A stretch of DNA of 64,000 bases from the NCBI GenBank assembly GCA_937922225.1, contig CAKZUZ010000012.1:62079-126078 (forward strand), in the 5' to 3' direction. Positions within the stretch are counted from its first letter, which is position 1. Each line of letters opens with the position of its first letter. The stretch comes from an uncultured Collinsella sp. Its GTDB lineage: Bacteria; Actinomycetota; Coriobacteriia; Coriobacteriales; Coriobacteriaceae. Shown here piece by piece: positions 50,963 through 60,516 of the stretch. Made by a program: the position numbers and the translations under genes. Below the pieces are notes generated by a model. That model saw only the letters and a program-made list of their open reading frames with translations, did not search any database and had not been told where the DNA came from.

Positions 50963-51026
50963 GCCACCCCGGGGGCGGGCGATGCTACAATCTGGCTTGT
51001 ACTTGAAACGCATCAAAGGGGCCGCT

Positions 51027-52139
51027 ATGGCAAAGGTTAAAATCAGCGACGTCGCGCGCGAAGCCGGGGTTTCGTTGGGCACGGTTTCCAACGCGCTCAA
51101 CCATCCCGAAAAGTTGCGTCCCGAGACCCTCAAGCTCATTAACGAAACCATCAATCGACTGGGCTACCTGCCCAACCAAAGCGCTCGTCAGCTCGCGGGC
51201 GGTGCCACCAAGTCCTTTGGCCTGGTGCTCCCCCGTCTCGATCATGGCTTTTCGCTCCAAATCGCCAGCGGCGCCCACAACGAGGCCCGCAAGCACGGCT
51301 ACGACCTGCTCATCGCCAACGCCGATAACGACGATATTCTAGAGGACCATTACCTGCGCTACTTTATGGGCACCCAGATGTCCGGCGTCATGGTTCAGCC
51401 CATGGCATCCCCCGACTGGCACCCCGCCATGACCAAGATGCCCGTGCCGATCGTCCATCTGGACATCCATTGCTCCGAGCCCGGCTACTACGTAGCGGCC
51501 GACAACGAGGCCCAGGGTCGCATCATTGCCGAACTTGCTATCGCCCGCGGCGCGCACCATATTGTCGTCGTCGGCCGAGCAGCATTTATGCAACTCACCC
51601 TGCGCGTCCTTGGCATTCATAAGGCGCTCGCCCTGCACCGCGATATCAAGATCGAAGTCATCGACGCCGGTGAATGGAATACCGCTGCCGACGGCTACGG
51701 CATCGGTGCCCAAATCGCCGAGCGCCCCGCGGACGAACGTCCCGATTTTGTCGTCGGCCTGACTGATGTGTTGGCCTCGGGCGTCGTTTCGGCACTGGTC
51801 GACAAGGGCATCTCTGTCCCCGGGCAAGTACGCGTGGCCGGATGCGACGGCAACCCGCTCGCTTGGAGCGGATCGGTCCCGCTCACTACGGTAGCGCCCC
51901 CGGGCTACGAGATTGGCCGCAAGGGCGTTCAATTGCTCATGGAGCAAATCGAGAACAAGGCCCCGGCAAAGACCAAGCACGTCCACATCGGCTCTGCCGC
52001 GCGCACCGTCGCCGCGGTCACGGCCATCGAGGACATCAACCGCCAAGAACTCGTGCGGCCGTTCCTGCTGGAACGCGCCAGCACCCAGGCAAGCGGCCAG
52101 ACCGACGCCACGGCCATCAACCTCGGTGCGTATCTATAG
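51027..52139 (+). CDS. LacI family regulator
   Basis: KISDVAREAGVSLGTVSNALN..LGYLPNQSARQL. Confidence 0.93.
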   Translation: MAKVKISDVAREAGVSLGTVSNALNHPEKLRPETLKLINETINRLGYLPNQSARQLAGGATKSFGLVLPRLDHGFSLQIASGAHNEARKHGYDLLIANADNDDILEDHYLRYFMGTQMSGVMVQPMASPDWHPAMTKMPVPIVHLDIHCSEPGYYVAADNEAQGRIIAELAIARGAHHIVVVGRAAFMQLTLRVLGIHKALALHRDIKIEVIDAGEWNTAADGYGIGAQIAERPADERPDFVVGLTDVLASGVVSALVDKGISVPGQVRVAGCDGNPLAWSGSVPLTTVAPPGYEIGRKGVQLLMEQIENKAPAKTKHVHIGSAARTVAAVTAIEDINRQELVRPFLLERASTQASGQTDATAINLGAYL

Positions 52140-52164
52140 CACGCACGCAAGTATGCTAAGTCGC

Positions 52165-52214
52165 CGCTCAAGCAAAAGGGGCCCGACCATTGCCGGGCCC
52201 CTTTTGCTTGAGCG
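52165..52214. terminator. Bidirectional terminator hairpin
   Basis: cgctcaagcaaaaggggcccg..cgggccccttttgcttgagcg between convergent genes. Confidence 0.8.
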
Positions 52215-52252
52215 CAAACGTGAGCAATCGCTCGTTTCAACACCGCAATTGT

Positions 52253-52903
52253 CTAGCGCACGGCCTTGACTGCCGCCGCCAGGTCGAACAACGTATCGAG
52301 CACGGCCTCGCAGCCATCCACCACGTCCTGCGGCAGCGGCACGATATCGGGGACGGCAAAGACATGGCAACCGGCCGTAATGCCTGAGACGCAACCGTTG
52401 CGCGAATCCTCGACCACGGCACATTCCTCGGGAGCAAAGCCCGCGCGCTCGCAGGCGAGCAGATACATCTCGGGGTCGGGCTTGCCGTGCACGACGTCCT
52501 CGCCACACGTTACCGTTTCAAACTTGTCAAAGAGGCCAACCATCTTAAGGTTGCGCTCGGCCGTAACGAGGCGCGACGACGTCGCTAGACCCACGTGATA
52601 GCCCGCAGCCAGCAGCTCGTCTAGGCACTCGGCGGCACCGGCCTTAAGTTCCAGTTCGGTCTTGACCATCTCGTCGCGAATCTCCTTGTGGCGGACATAG
52701 ACCGCCTCGGTGGTTTCGTGGCTGCCATAATGCTTATCGAGGATGTCCATAACATCGGGCAGCGTGCGGCCGATAAACTGATGGATCAGCGCTTCATCAA
52801 TCGCGAGCCCCAGCTCAGCGGCGCCTGCCTTCCAGGCCTTAATCCCCAAACGCTCGGTATCGACCAGCGTTCCATCCATGTCAAAAATAACAGCCTTGAT
52901 CAT
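52253..52903 (-). CDS. HAD family phosphatase (beta-PGM-like)
   Basis: FDMDGTLVDTE, KPDPE, VEDS. Confidence 0.92.
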   Translation of the reverse strand: MIKAVIFDMDGTLVDTERLGIKAWKAGAAELGLAIDEALIHQFIGRTLPDVMDILDKHYGSHETTEAVYVRHKEIRDEMVKTELELKAGAAECLDELLAAGYHVGLATSSRLVTAERNLKMVGLFDKFETVTCGEDVVHGKPDPEMYLLACERAGFAPEECAVVEDSRNGCVSGITAGCHVFAVPDIVPLPQDVVDGCEAVLDTLFDLAAAVKAVR

Positions 52904-53076
52904 ATCGGTCCCCCATCGACTCTCGCTGTCGCGTTGCTGCAACTCTACCGCATTTGGCAACTTGTATATAACGTATATACCATATTGCACTTTCGTTACA
53001 CAGATAGAAGTCTTATGGCAAGTAACGCATTAGGATTATAGTTTTCGATCGAGTACTCAGCGATAAGGAACGTTTC

Positions 53077-53955
53077 ATGATTTTAGACACCACAGCACCC
53101 GCAGAGGAGCTTCAAGACAAGCTATCGGCGCTCGAGCAGCTGCTTTTGGCATACGGGCGCGTGGCTATCGGGTTTTCCGGCGGCGTTGACAGCAGCTTTT
53201 TGGCCGCCGTATGCGCCCGCGTCATGCCTACCAATACTCTTCTCGTCCATCTCACCACGCCGCTCATCGGCACGCCCGAGCAGGCTTCGTTTGAGCAGTC
53301 CGTTGATGGGCAGGCCAATGAGGGGCCGCATTTTAAGCTCCCCGTGCTCAATCTTTCGGTGGATCAGCTGCAGCTCCCCCAAGTAGCCTGCAACGATGCC
53401 AATCGCTGCTACCACTGCAAGCACGCCGGCTTTACCGCCATCGTCAACCACGCCAAGTCGCTCGGCTTTCCCACCGTCATCGATGGCAGCAATGCAAGCG
53501 ATCGCGGTGACTACCGCCCCGGCATGCGTGCGGCAGAAGAGCTCGGCGTACGCTCACCCCTTATGGAGGTCGGCTTTACCAAGGACGAAGAGCGCGAGCT
53601 GCTGCGCACATGGGGCTATCCCGTTTGGAGCCTGCCGGCGGGAGCCTGTCTTGCCACGCGCGTCCCCACGGGCGAGGAGCTTACGCGCGAGAAGGTCTCC
53701 TTGATTCGCGCCTGCGAGGATTACCTGCACGATCTTGATCTGGCACAGGTACGCGCGCGCTTGGTCGGCGGCTGCATGCATATCGAGGCCGCACCCGCAG
53801 ATGTTGCCAAGATTGCCACCCTCGGCGGTGCCGCCGTCGACGACAAGGGCAAGACCCCGCTGCCCGCCGTTATCGAGTCCGCGCTGCGCGAGCTGGGCTG
53901 CGACCATATCTCCCCCGAGGTCGCCCCCTACATCCACGGCAACATGAATCTTTAA
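53077..53955 (+). CDS. larE: LarE-family PP-loop sulfur transferase
   Basis: SGGVDS, RCYHCK, DGSNASD, RPGMRA, ACLATR. Confidence 0.85.
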   Translation: MILDTTAPAEELQDKLSALEQLLLAYGRVAIGFSGGVDSSFLAAVCARVMPTNTLLVHLTTPLIGTPEQASFEQSVDGQANEGPHFKLPVLNLSVDQLQLPQVACNDANRCYHCKHAGFTAIVNHAKSLGFPTVIDGSNASDRGDYRPGMRAAEELGVRSPLMEVGFTKDEERELLRTWGYPVWSLPAGACLATRVPTGEELTREKVSLIRACEDYLHDLDLAQVRARLVGGCMHIEAAPADVAKIATLGGAAVDDKGKTPLPAVIESALRELGCDHISPEVAPYIHGNMNL

Positions 53956-54074
53956 GTTACGCCGTTTTACAAACGGCGTAACCGCTCGGCGCTGCGCAGG
54001 CCCCGGGCACGGCAATCTGCTCGCTCGCGCATGCTCAACCTGAACCACATAAATTGTTGCCGACCTTCTAAAAG

Positions 54075-54113
54075 GGGACAGATTTATTTTGGCAGGTTTT
54101 ATCTGGGGAAACG
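54075..54113 (+). repeat. REP-like family D copy 3
   Basis: gggacagatttattttggcaggttttatctggggaaacg. Confidence 0.75.
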
Positions 54114-54262
54114 TCGAGCCCCACACGTCCCAACCATCGCAACCCCTTCTAGGGCAAATGAATCGGTAGCGCCCCCCAATCTTTAAGAATCTGTTCGGCA
54201 AAACTGCCTGCGGCGGCACCTGCTAGACTGGTAGATTCCCAACCGTCTAGCCAGGAGCCTCA

Positions 54263-55240
54263 ATGTCGCGCAAGTCCGCCTACAAGCAAGTACTTTCCAT
54301 CGGCACCGCCGTGGTGCTGGGGTTTGCGCTGTTCACAGGGTCGCTCGACGGAGCGCCCAAGCTGCTCTCGCCGCAAAGCGATGAGCAGGCGGCTGCTCTG
54401 GCCGAGAAGCAAAGCGAGAGCCCCAACCGCACCGACGACGAAGCAGACCTGGTTGCCCGGCTCGAATCGGGAACAGCGAGCTCCACGGACTCCGAAGATG
54501 ATCAGGACTCCGGCGATGGCTCTGAATCCGCCACGACCGACACCGCTGACGATGCCTCTTCAAACGTCACCCCCATCGACGAGGTCGAAAACCCCGATCT
54601 CGACCGCGCCCGCGGCGTATATCTCAGCAGCATTCCCGACTACGCCGGCAACCCCTACGTTGCCCTTCGCGCCGACAGCACGCACCCGTTGGGCACGCCA
54701 TCATTCACGCTCGACGAATACGAGCGAGCTACCGAAGAGGGCTGCTTTAAGAAGTTCTCCAAGCTCGATAGCCTGGGCCGCACCCGCAAGGCACTCGCCT
54801 GCGTGGGTCCCGAATCGCTCGGTCAGGGCAAGCGCGGCGATATCTCGCGTATCCATCCCGCCGGGTGGCACCAGCAGCGCTACGGCTTTATTCCGGGTCA
54901 GAGCCTCTACAACCGCTGCCACCTTATCGCCTGGTCGCTCTGCGGCGAAAACGCCAACCGCAAGAATCTGCTCACCGGCACGCGCTATCTCAACGAAACG
55001 GGCATGCTGCCGTTTGAAGAGCAGATCCTCGACTACATCCACGACACAGGCAACCATGTGCTCTACCGCGTCACGCCCATGTATAACGAAGAGGAGCTCG
55101 TCTGCCGCGGCGTGCGCCTTGAGGCGCAATCGGTCGAGGACCACGGCAAGACCCTCTGCTTCCACGTATATTGCTACAATCTGCAGCCGCACGTGCAGAT
55201 CGACTACGCCACCGGCCGCAACCAGGCCTCGGGGGACTAG
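54263..55240 (+). CDS. Secreted/membrane DNA/RNA non-specific endonuclease (EndA-like)
   Basis: LDSLGR, YNRCHLI, NLLTGTRYLN, YRVTP, and an N-terminal hydrophobic anchor. Confidence 0.88.
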   Translation: MSRKSAYKQVLSIGTAVVLGFALFTGSLDGAPKLLSPQSDEQAAALAEKQSESPNRTDDEADLVARLESGTASSTDSEDDQDSGDGSESATTDTADDASSNVTPIDEVENPDLDRARGVYLSSIPDYAGNPYVALRADSTHPLGTPSFTLDEYERATEEGCFKKFSKLDSLGRTRKALACVGPESLGQGKRGDISRIHPAGWHQQRYGFIPGQSLYNRCHLIAWSLCGENANRKNLLTGTRYLNETGMLPFEEQILDYIHDTGNHVLYRVTPMYNEEELVCRGVRLEAQSVEDHGKTLCFHVYCYNLQPHVQIDYATGRNQASGD

Positions 55241-55369
55241 GGCCGACCAAGCTGCCCCAAAACCTAAAATGATCCGTTTTCCTCCGCCCCCCAGGGATCA
55301 AAAAGGGCCGCCCCGGATTACCCGGAGCGGCCCTTGCATCGGCATGTATGTTGCAGGCAAAGTCCCACG

Positions 55370-57445
55370 CTACTTGGCGCGGCTCTCCTCATAGCGCTCG
55401 ACCAGCTTGGCCTGAACGTCATAGGGAACCTGCTCATAGCCAGCGGGCTTCATGGTAAAGTCACCCGTGCCGCGCGTAATGGAGCGCAGGCGCGTCGAGT
55501 AATCCGTCAGCTCGGCCAGCGGCGCCTGGGCGATGACCACGGTGTCACCGCGCTCATCGGTCTCCATGCCCGTCACGCGACCGCGCGAGGCCGAGATGTC
55601 GCCCATCACGGCGCCGGCGTAGCTCTCGGGGATCGTCACCGTGATTTCCTCGATGGGCTCCAGCACCACCGGGTCGGCATCGGCGCATGCCTTGCGCAGG
55701 CCGATGCGTGCCGCCGCGCGGAACGCCATCTCGTTGGAGTCGACGCTGTGATACGAGCCGTCGTACACCGCGACGCGAATGCCCGTGAGCGGGTAGCCGG
55801 CAATGATGCCGTCCTTCATGGTCTCCTGGACGCCCTTGTCCACGGCGGGAATCAGCGAGCGCGGAATGCGGCCGCCTACGACCTCATCCACAAACTCGTA
55901 GCCGTCGCTCGTGCCGTCGGGCCCAATGAGCGGCTCCACGCGCAGCCAGCAGTCGCCGTACTGACCGGCACCACCGGTCTGCTTCTTGTGGCGGCCCTGG
56001 GCGCTCGCCGTGCGGCGGATGGTCTCGCGATACGGAATGCGGATCGGCACGCTCTTGGCAGCAACCTTGGTGCGGTCCTCCAGACGATTGAGCAGCACCG
56101 AAACCTGCGCCTCGCCCACTGCCGAGATGATGGTCTGGCCGGTCTCCTCGTCGCGGTCGATGCTCATGGTCGGGTCTGCCTTGCAGGCCTTCTCGATAAA
56201 CGTGTAGAGCTTCTCTTCGTCGCCGCGGTTCTCGGCTTCGATGGCGATGCGGTACTGCGAGTTGGGGAACTTAAACGCCGCAGCCTCGACCTTGCCGGTA
56301 ATCGAGAGCGTATCGCCCGTCTCGGCAGCCAGCTTGGGCGCCACGATGATGTCGCCGGCATAGGCATGGCCAACCTCGGTCATGTCGCGGCCGCACATCA
56401 CATACAGGTGAGCCAAACGATCGCTCTTGCGGGTACGCGCGTTGACCAACTCAAGACCCGGCTCAAGCGTGCCCGTCAGCACCTTGATAAAGCTGATGCG
56501 GCCCTGCTGCGGATCGGCCAGCGTCTTAAACACAAACGCCACCGGACGGTCATCGTCACTCGAAATCTTAAGCGAATCACCGTCGATGAGCGGCATCTCG
56601 CCGTAGTCGGTCGGCGCCGGGAAGTACGTGGCGATGTCGTCCATCAGCGAGTTGACGCCCTGCTCCTTAATGCAATCGCCCGCAAAGACCGGCACAAAGA
56701 TGCGCTCGGCGATCGCCTTAGACAGCAGGCCTTCAAGCTCCTCCTGCGTCAGCGTCTCCTCGCCTTCCAGGTATTTCATCATCAGCTCGTCGTCAGCCTC
56801 GGCCACCAGCTCGCACAGATGGTCATGGGCCTCCTCGGCCTGGGCACGATACTCCTCGGGAATCTCCGACTCAACGGCCTCGGCGCCGTTGCAGTGGCGC
56901 GCCTTCATGCGCACCAGGTCGATGATGCCGTCAAAGTCCTCGCCCTCGCCCCAGGGAAGGGTCACGGCGCCCAGGCGCGTGCCAAAGCGCTCCTGCAGCA
57001 GGTCCATCGTGGTCGCAAAGCTGGCCTCGGAGCGCGACAGGCGGTTTACGAACACCGCGCGTGCCAGGCGTAGGTCCTCGGCGGCATACCAGAGCTTAAC
57101 CGTCGTAGGCCGCGGGCCGGCCTCGGCGTCGACCACAAACAGAGCCGTCTCGCAGACGCTCATCGCGGCAAAGGCGTCGCCGATAAAATCGGGGTAGCAC
57201 GGGGCATCGAGCACATTGATGCGCGCGCCCTTCCAGTCGATCGGCGCGATGGTCGTCGAGATGGAAAATGCACGCTTGACCTCTTCGGGGTCATAGTCGA
57301 GCGTGGGCTTGGTGCCGTCGTGGCCGCCCAGGCGGGCGGTCTTGCCGGAAAGGTGGAGCATGGCCTCGGCGAGTGAAGTCTTGCCCACCCCGCCTTGGCC
57401 TACGAGCACCACGTTCCTTACGTTACCGGTCTTGGGAGCACCCAT
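55370..57445 (-). CDS. Elongation factor G-like paralogue (EF-G2 type)
   Basis: Full EF-G domain order (YRETI, KKQTGGAGQY, DGSYHSVDS), outside the str operon, with divergent G-motifs. Confidence 0.9.
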   Translation of the reverse strand: MGAPKTGNVRNVVLVGQGGVGKTSLAEAMLHLSGKTARLGGHDGTKPTLDYDPEEVKRAFSISTTIAPIDWKGARINVLDAPCYPDFIGDAFAAMSVCETALFVVDAEAGPRPTTVKLWYAAEDLRLARAVFVNRLSRSEASFATTMDLLQERFGTRLGAVTLPWGEGEDFDGIIDLVRMKARHCNGAEAVESEIPEEYRAQAEEAHDHLCELVAEADDELMMKYLEGEETLTQEELEGLLSKAIAERIFVPVFAGDCIKEQGVNSLMDDIATYFPAPTDYGEMPLIDGDSLKISSDDDRPVAFVFKTLADPQQGRISFIKVLTGTLEPGLELVNARTRKSDRLAHLYVMCGRDMTEVGHAYAGDIIVAPKLAAETGDTLSITGKVEAAAFKFPNSQYRIAIEAENRGDEEKLYTFIEKACKADPTMSIDRDEETGQTIISAVGEAQVSVLLNRLEDRTKVAAKSVPIRIPYRETIRRTASAQGRHKKQTGGAGQYGDCWLRVEPLIGPDGTSDGYEFVDEVVGGRIPRSLIPAVDKGVQETMKDGIIAGYPLTGIRVAVYDGSYHSVDSNEMAFRAAARIGLRKACADADPVVLEPIEEITVTIPESYAGAVMGDISASRGRVTGMETDERGDTVVIAQAPLAELTDYSTRLRSITRGTGDFTMKPAGYEQVPYDVQAKLVERYEESRAK

Positions 57446-57755
57446 GATGACCTCCTTGCAGGGCCGCGCGCAATGCGCGACGCCAACGGGGAGAGTTCGC
57501 GGTCGGTGCCGTCCCGGGAGCAGCATGGTCGGCAGCCGAGCCGACTCACCCTCCAAATGTCCTATGCCACCACCCTACCCTCACGGACGGCTGTCCATGC
57601 ATACCTTTCGGCACACGTATGAATACAGGCGGCGAGAGGAAGAGACAAGCTTGTGGGGCAATTATTGAACCCCGTCGATGTAAACAAAAAGCCGCCACAG
57701 ACCGTAAGACCTGTGGCGGCTTCGCCTCAATTAATGGTTGAGTAAATACCTGAGC

Positions 57756-58520
57756 CTATCCCTCGATACGGCTCAAGAACTCACGCGTGCGCTGCTCGCG
57801 CGGATGGTCGATAACCTGCTCGGCAGATCCCTCCTCGACAATGCAACCGCCATCCATAAAGACCACGTGGTCGGCAACATCGCGCGCAAATTGCATCGCG
57901 TGGGTCACGATTACCATCGTCATGTTCTGCGCCGCCAGGTCCTTAATGACACGCAGCACCTCGGCCGTCAGCTCGGGATCGAGTGCCGAGGTCGGCTCGT
58001 CAAAGAATAAGATTTCCGGATCGAGCGCCAGGGCGCGGGCAATACTCACGCGCTGCTGCTGACCGCCCGAAAGCTCACACGGCACCTTGTTCTCGTTGCC
58101 CGTAAGCCCCATCTGCGCGATCAACTCACGCGCACGCGCCTCCGCCTGCTCGCGCGGGCGCTTAAGCACGCGGATCGGCGCGTCGATGATGTTTTTCATC
58201 ACCGTATAGTGCGGGAACAGATTGTAGTTCTGGAACACCAGACCAAACCGCGAGCGCGCCTGTTTGGGCACGTCGCCTTTCGCATAGACCGCACCCGGCC
58301 CCGCGTCCGTCGCAACGGCAAGGTCGCCAAACGTGAGAGAGCCTCCGTCGAGTGTCTCGAGCAGCGTGGCACACCGCAGCAGCGTAGACTTACCGCCGCC
58401 CGAAGGTCCGATAATCGCCACGACCTCACCGCGCTTGACTTCGAGTGAGATATCCTTGAGCACCTCATTGCCGCCAAACGCCTTACGCGCGCTTTCGATT
58501 TTCATCACTGAGTTAGTCAT
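57756..58520 (-). CDS. Polar amino acid ABC transporter ATP-binding protein
   Basis: GPSGGGKS, LSGGQQQRV, FDEPTSALDPEL. Confidence 0.93.
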   Translation of the reverse strand: MTNSVMKIESARKAFGGNEVLKDISLEVKRGEVVAIIGPSGGGKSTLLRCATLLETLDGGSLTFGDLAVATDAGPGAVYAKGDVPKQARSRFGLVFQNYNLFPHYTVMKNIIDAPIRVLKRPREQAEARARELIAQMGLTGNENKVPCELSGGQQQRVSIARALALDPEILFFDEPTSALDPELTAEVLRVIKDLAAQNMTMVIVTHAMQFARDVADHVVFMDGGCIVEEGSAEQVIDHPREQRTREFLSRIEG

Positions 58521-59166
58521 GATAATAGTCCAGCTTCTTTTCGGCGGCGCCCAGCAGCATCTCGACCACAAAGTTAAAGACCCAGTAAATCAGCGCCGCG
58601 ATCGCAAACGGCACCATGCTCACCTGCGAGGCGACCAGCGCCTTGGCGGTCGAGAACATCTCACCCACGCCGATGGCAAACGCCAGCGACGTGTCCTTGA
58701 CCAGTGTGATGATCTCGTTGCCCATCGCCGGCAGAATACGCTTGGCGACCTGCGGCATCACGATATACAGAAACGTCTGCAGACGCGAGTAGCCCAGCAC
58801 CTCGGCGGCCTCATATTGACCGCGCGGAATCGACTGCAGGCCCGAGCGATAGATCTCGGCAAAGTAGCCGGCGTAGTTGATGATGAATGCCACGACGCAC
58901 GCCGTCCATTTGGAATCGGGCGTGAGCGAGATGCCAAACACGTAGTACGGGGCAAAGTAGATCGCAAACATCTGCAGCATAAGCGGCGTGCCGCGCATGA
59001 CCGAAATATAGATGCGCGCGATCCAGCGAAGCGGCGCAATTTTGCTCATGCGCATAAACGCCACGGGAATTCCCAGCGGAATCGACCCCAACAGCGTCAG
59101 CACAAACAGCTGCAAGCTGACCAAGAATCCCTGGCCAAGCATCTGCATCATGACCTGAATAGACAA
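58513..59166 (-). CDS. Polar amino acid ABC transporter permease (probable TTG start)
   Basis: RGTPLMLQ, AEIYRSG..GQYEAA, KDTSL. Confidence 0.93.
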   Translation of the reverse strand: MSIQVMMQMLGQGFLVSLQLFVLTLLGSIPLGIPVAFMRMSKIAPLRWIARIYISVMRGTPLMLQMFAIYFAPYYVFGISLTPDSKWTACVVAFIINYAGYFAEIYRSGLQSIPRGQYEAAEVLGYSRLQTFLYIVMPQVAKRILPAMGNEIITLVKDTSLAFAIGVGEMFSTAKALVASQVSMVPFAIAALIYWVFNFVVEMLLGAAEKKLDYYHD

Positions 59167-59211
59167 CCCAAGCTCTCTTTCACAGTAACGGAACAGCGAA
59201 CCCAATGCTAA

Positions 59212-59318
59212 AGCGGGTTTTCCAGGTGCCCGAGTTTGCCGTGAAAGAGGAGCGCCGCGTACTAAATGTACGCAAGCGACGGTTTGAACGGCAAAATCGG
59301 GTGCCTGGGAAAGCCGCT
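59212..59318. repeat. Long hairpin element (family C) inside the ABC operon
   Basis: 31-bp imperfect arms around gaggagcgccGCGTACtaaatGTACGCaagcgacg. Confidence 0.7.
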
Positions 59319-60177
59319 ATTTGAGCACCCAGTTGTCGAAGGAAAGACCATAGCTTGAATACTTATCGCACAGGTCCTTGACCGTACCGTCCTCATAGAG
59401 CGCCTTGAGCGACTCGGTCACGGCGTCGGCCGACTTGCTGTCGCCCTTCTTAAAGCCGACGGCGTAGTGTTCGCTGGACAGCGGCTCATCAAGCTGCGTA
59501 TAGGCATCGGGCTTGGCGGCCAGCTGATACTGAGCGATCGAGAGGTCACAGGCAACGGCATCGACCGCACCACTCTCGAGCTGCATAAACGCCGTGTTGT
59601 ACTCACCGATGGTATCGAGCGTGGCAAACGTCGCGGCCAGATCCTTCTGGTCGCCCTCGAGCACATCCTGCGCAGCGGAATCAGTCTGGGTAATCACGGT
59701 CTTGCCGGCAAGATCGTCCCAGCTCTTGATACCCGCGTCCTTCTTGACCACCAACACCTGCTCGTTGAGCATATACGGCTCGGAGAACGTGTAGTCGTCC
59801 TCGCGGCCCTCCATGGTAAAGCCGTTCCAGATGCAGTTGATGGCGCCGGAGTTGAGCAGCGTGTCCTTGGCATCCCAATCGATGGCCTCGTAATCGACAT
59901 CCCAGCCCTGCTTATCGGCAACGGCCTTGGCAAGGTCAAGGTCAAAGCCCGTGTACTCGCCGTCATCGCCCACAAAGCCGTACGGAGGGTAGGACTTGTC
60001 AAAGCCCACCACGAGCTTCTTGGACTCCGCGGCGCCCTTCAAATCCTTGGCCGCGGCAGAACCAGCAGCGGAGCCCTTGCCAGCACCACCGCCGCAGCCG
60101 ACAAGACCAAGGCCAAGCACCGTGGCGAGCGAGCCGGCTAGACCAACAAACTGACGACGAGACATATCGGTATTCAT
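59317..60177 (-). CDS. Amino acid ABC substrate-binding lipoprotein (twin-arginine-like signal)
   Basis: SRRQFVG and LVGC lipobox, YPPYGF, GFDLDLA. Confidence 0.93.
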   Translation of the reverse strand: MNTDMSRRQFVGLAGSLATVLGLGLVGCGGGAGKGSAAGSAAAKDLKGAAESKKLVVGFDKSYPPYGFVGDDGEYTGFDLDLAKAVADKQGWDVDYEAIDWDAKDTLLNSGAINCIWNGFTMEGREDDYTFSEPYMLNEQVLVVKKDAGIKSWDDLAGKTVITQTDSAAQDVLEGDQKDLAATFATLDTIGEYNTAFMQLESGAVDAVACDLSIAQYQLAAKPDAYTQLDEPLSSEHYAVGFKKGDSKSADAVTESLKALYEDGTVKDLCDKYSSYGLSFDNWVLK

Positions 60178-60269
60178 GGTATTCCCCCTCGATAGCACTT
60201 TAGTTAGGTAAAGTGAGTCATGTAACGTTCAGAATCATACACTTTACCTTGATAGAGTACAAGGGAGGA

Positions 60270-60408
60270 TTTGCCCGCCGGGTGCCGGGGCAGGGGTTAA
60301 GCTTGCTGCTCTACAGTCCTGCTCACGACGGAGAGCACATTAAGTGCTCTCCTGTTCGTGCGGAACTCGCGACAAACTTAACCCCAGCCCCGGCACCCGG
60401 CGGGCAAA
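60270..60408 (+). repeat. Structured palindromic element, family A, copy 3
   Basis: 36-bp arms with 2 mismatches, unrelated to copies 1 and 2. Same core with covarying inner stem ggagagcac-ATTAA-gtgctctcc. Confidence 0.85.
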
Positions 60409-60516
60409 CGTCGTTGGGCTTATCACTAACATGAAATGGGTGCTTGCATATCGTCCGCTAGCTTGGCACGGTACAATGCTTTCAGATTTCAATTTGTAAA
60501 TTAGTGGGGTTAATTC

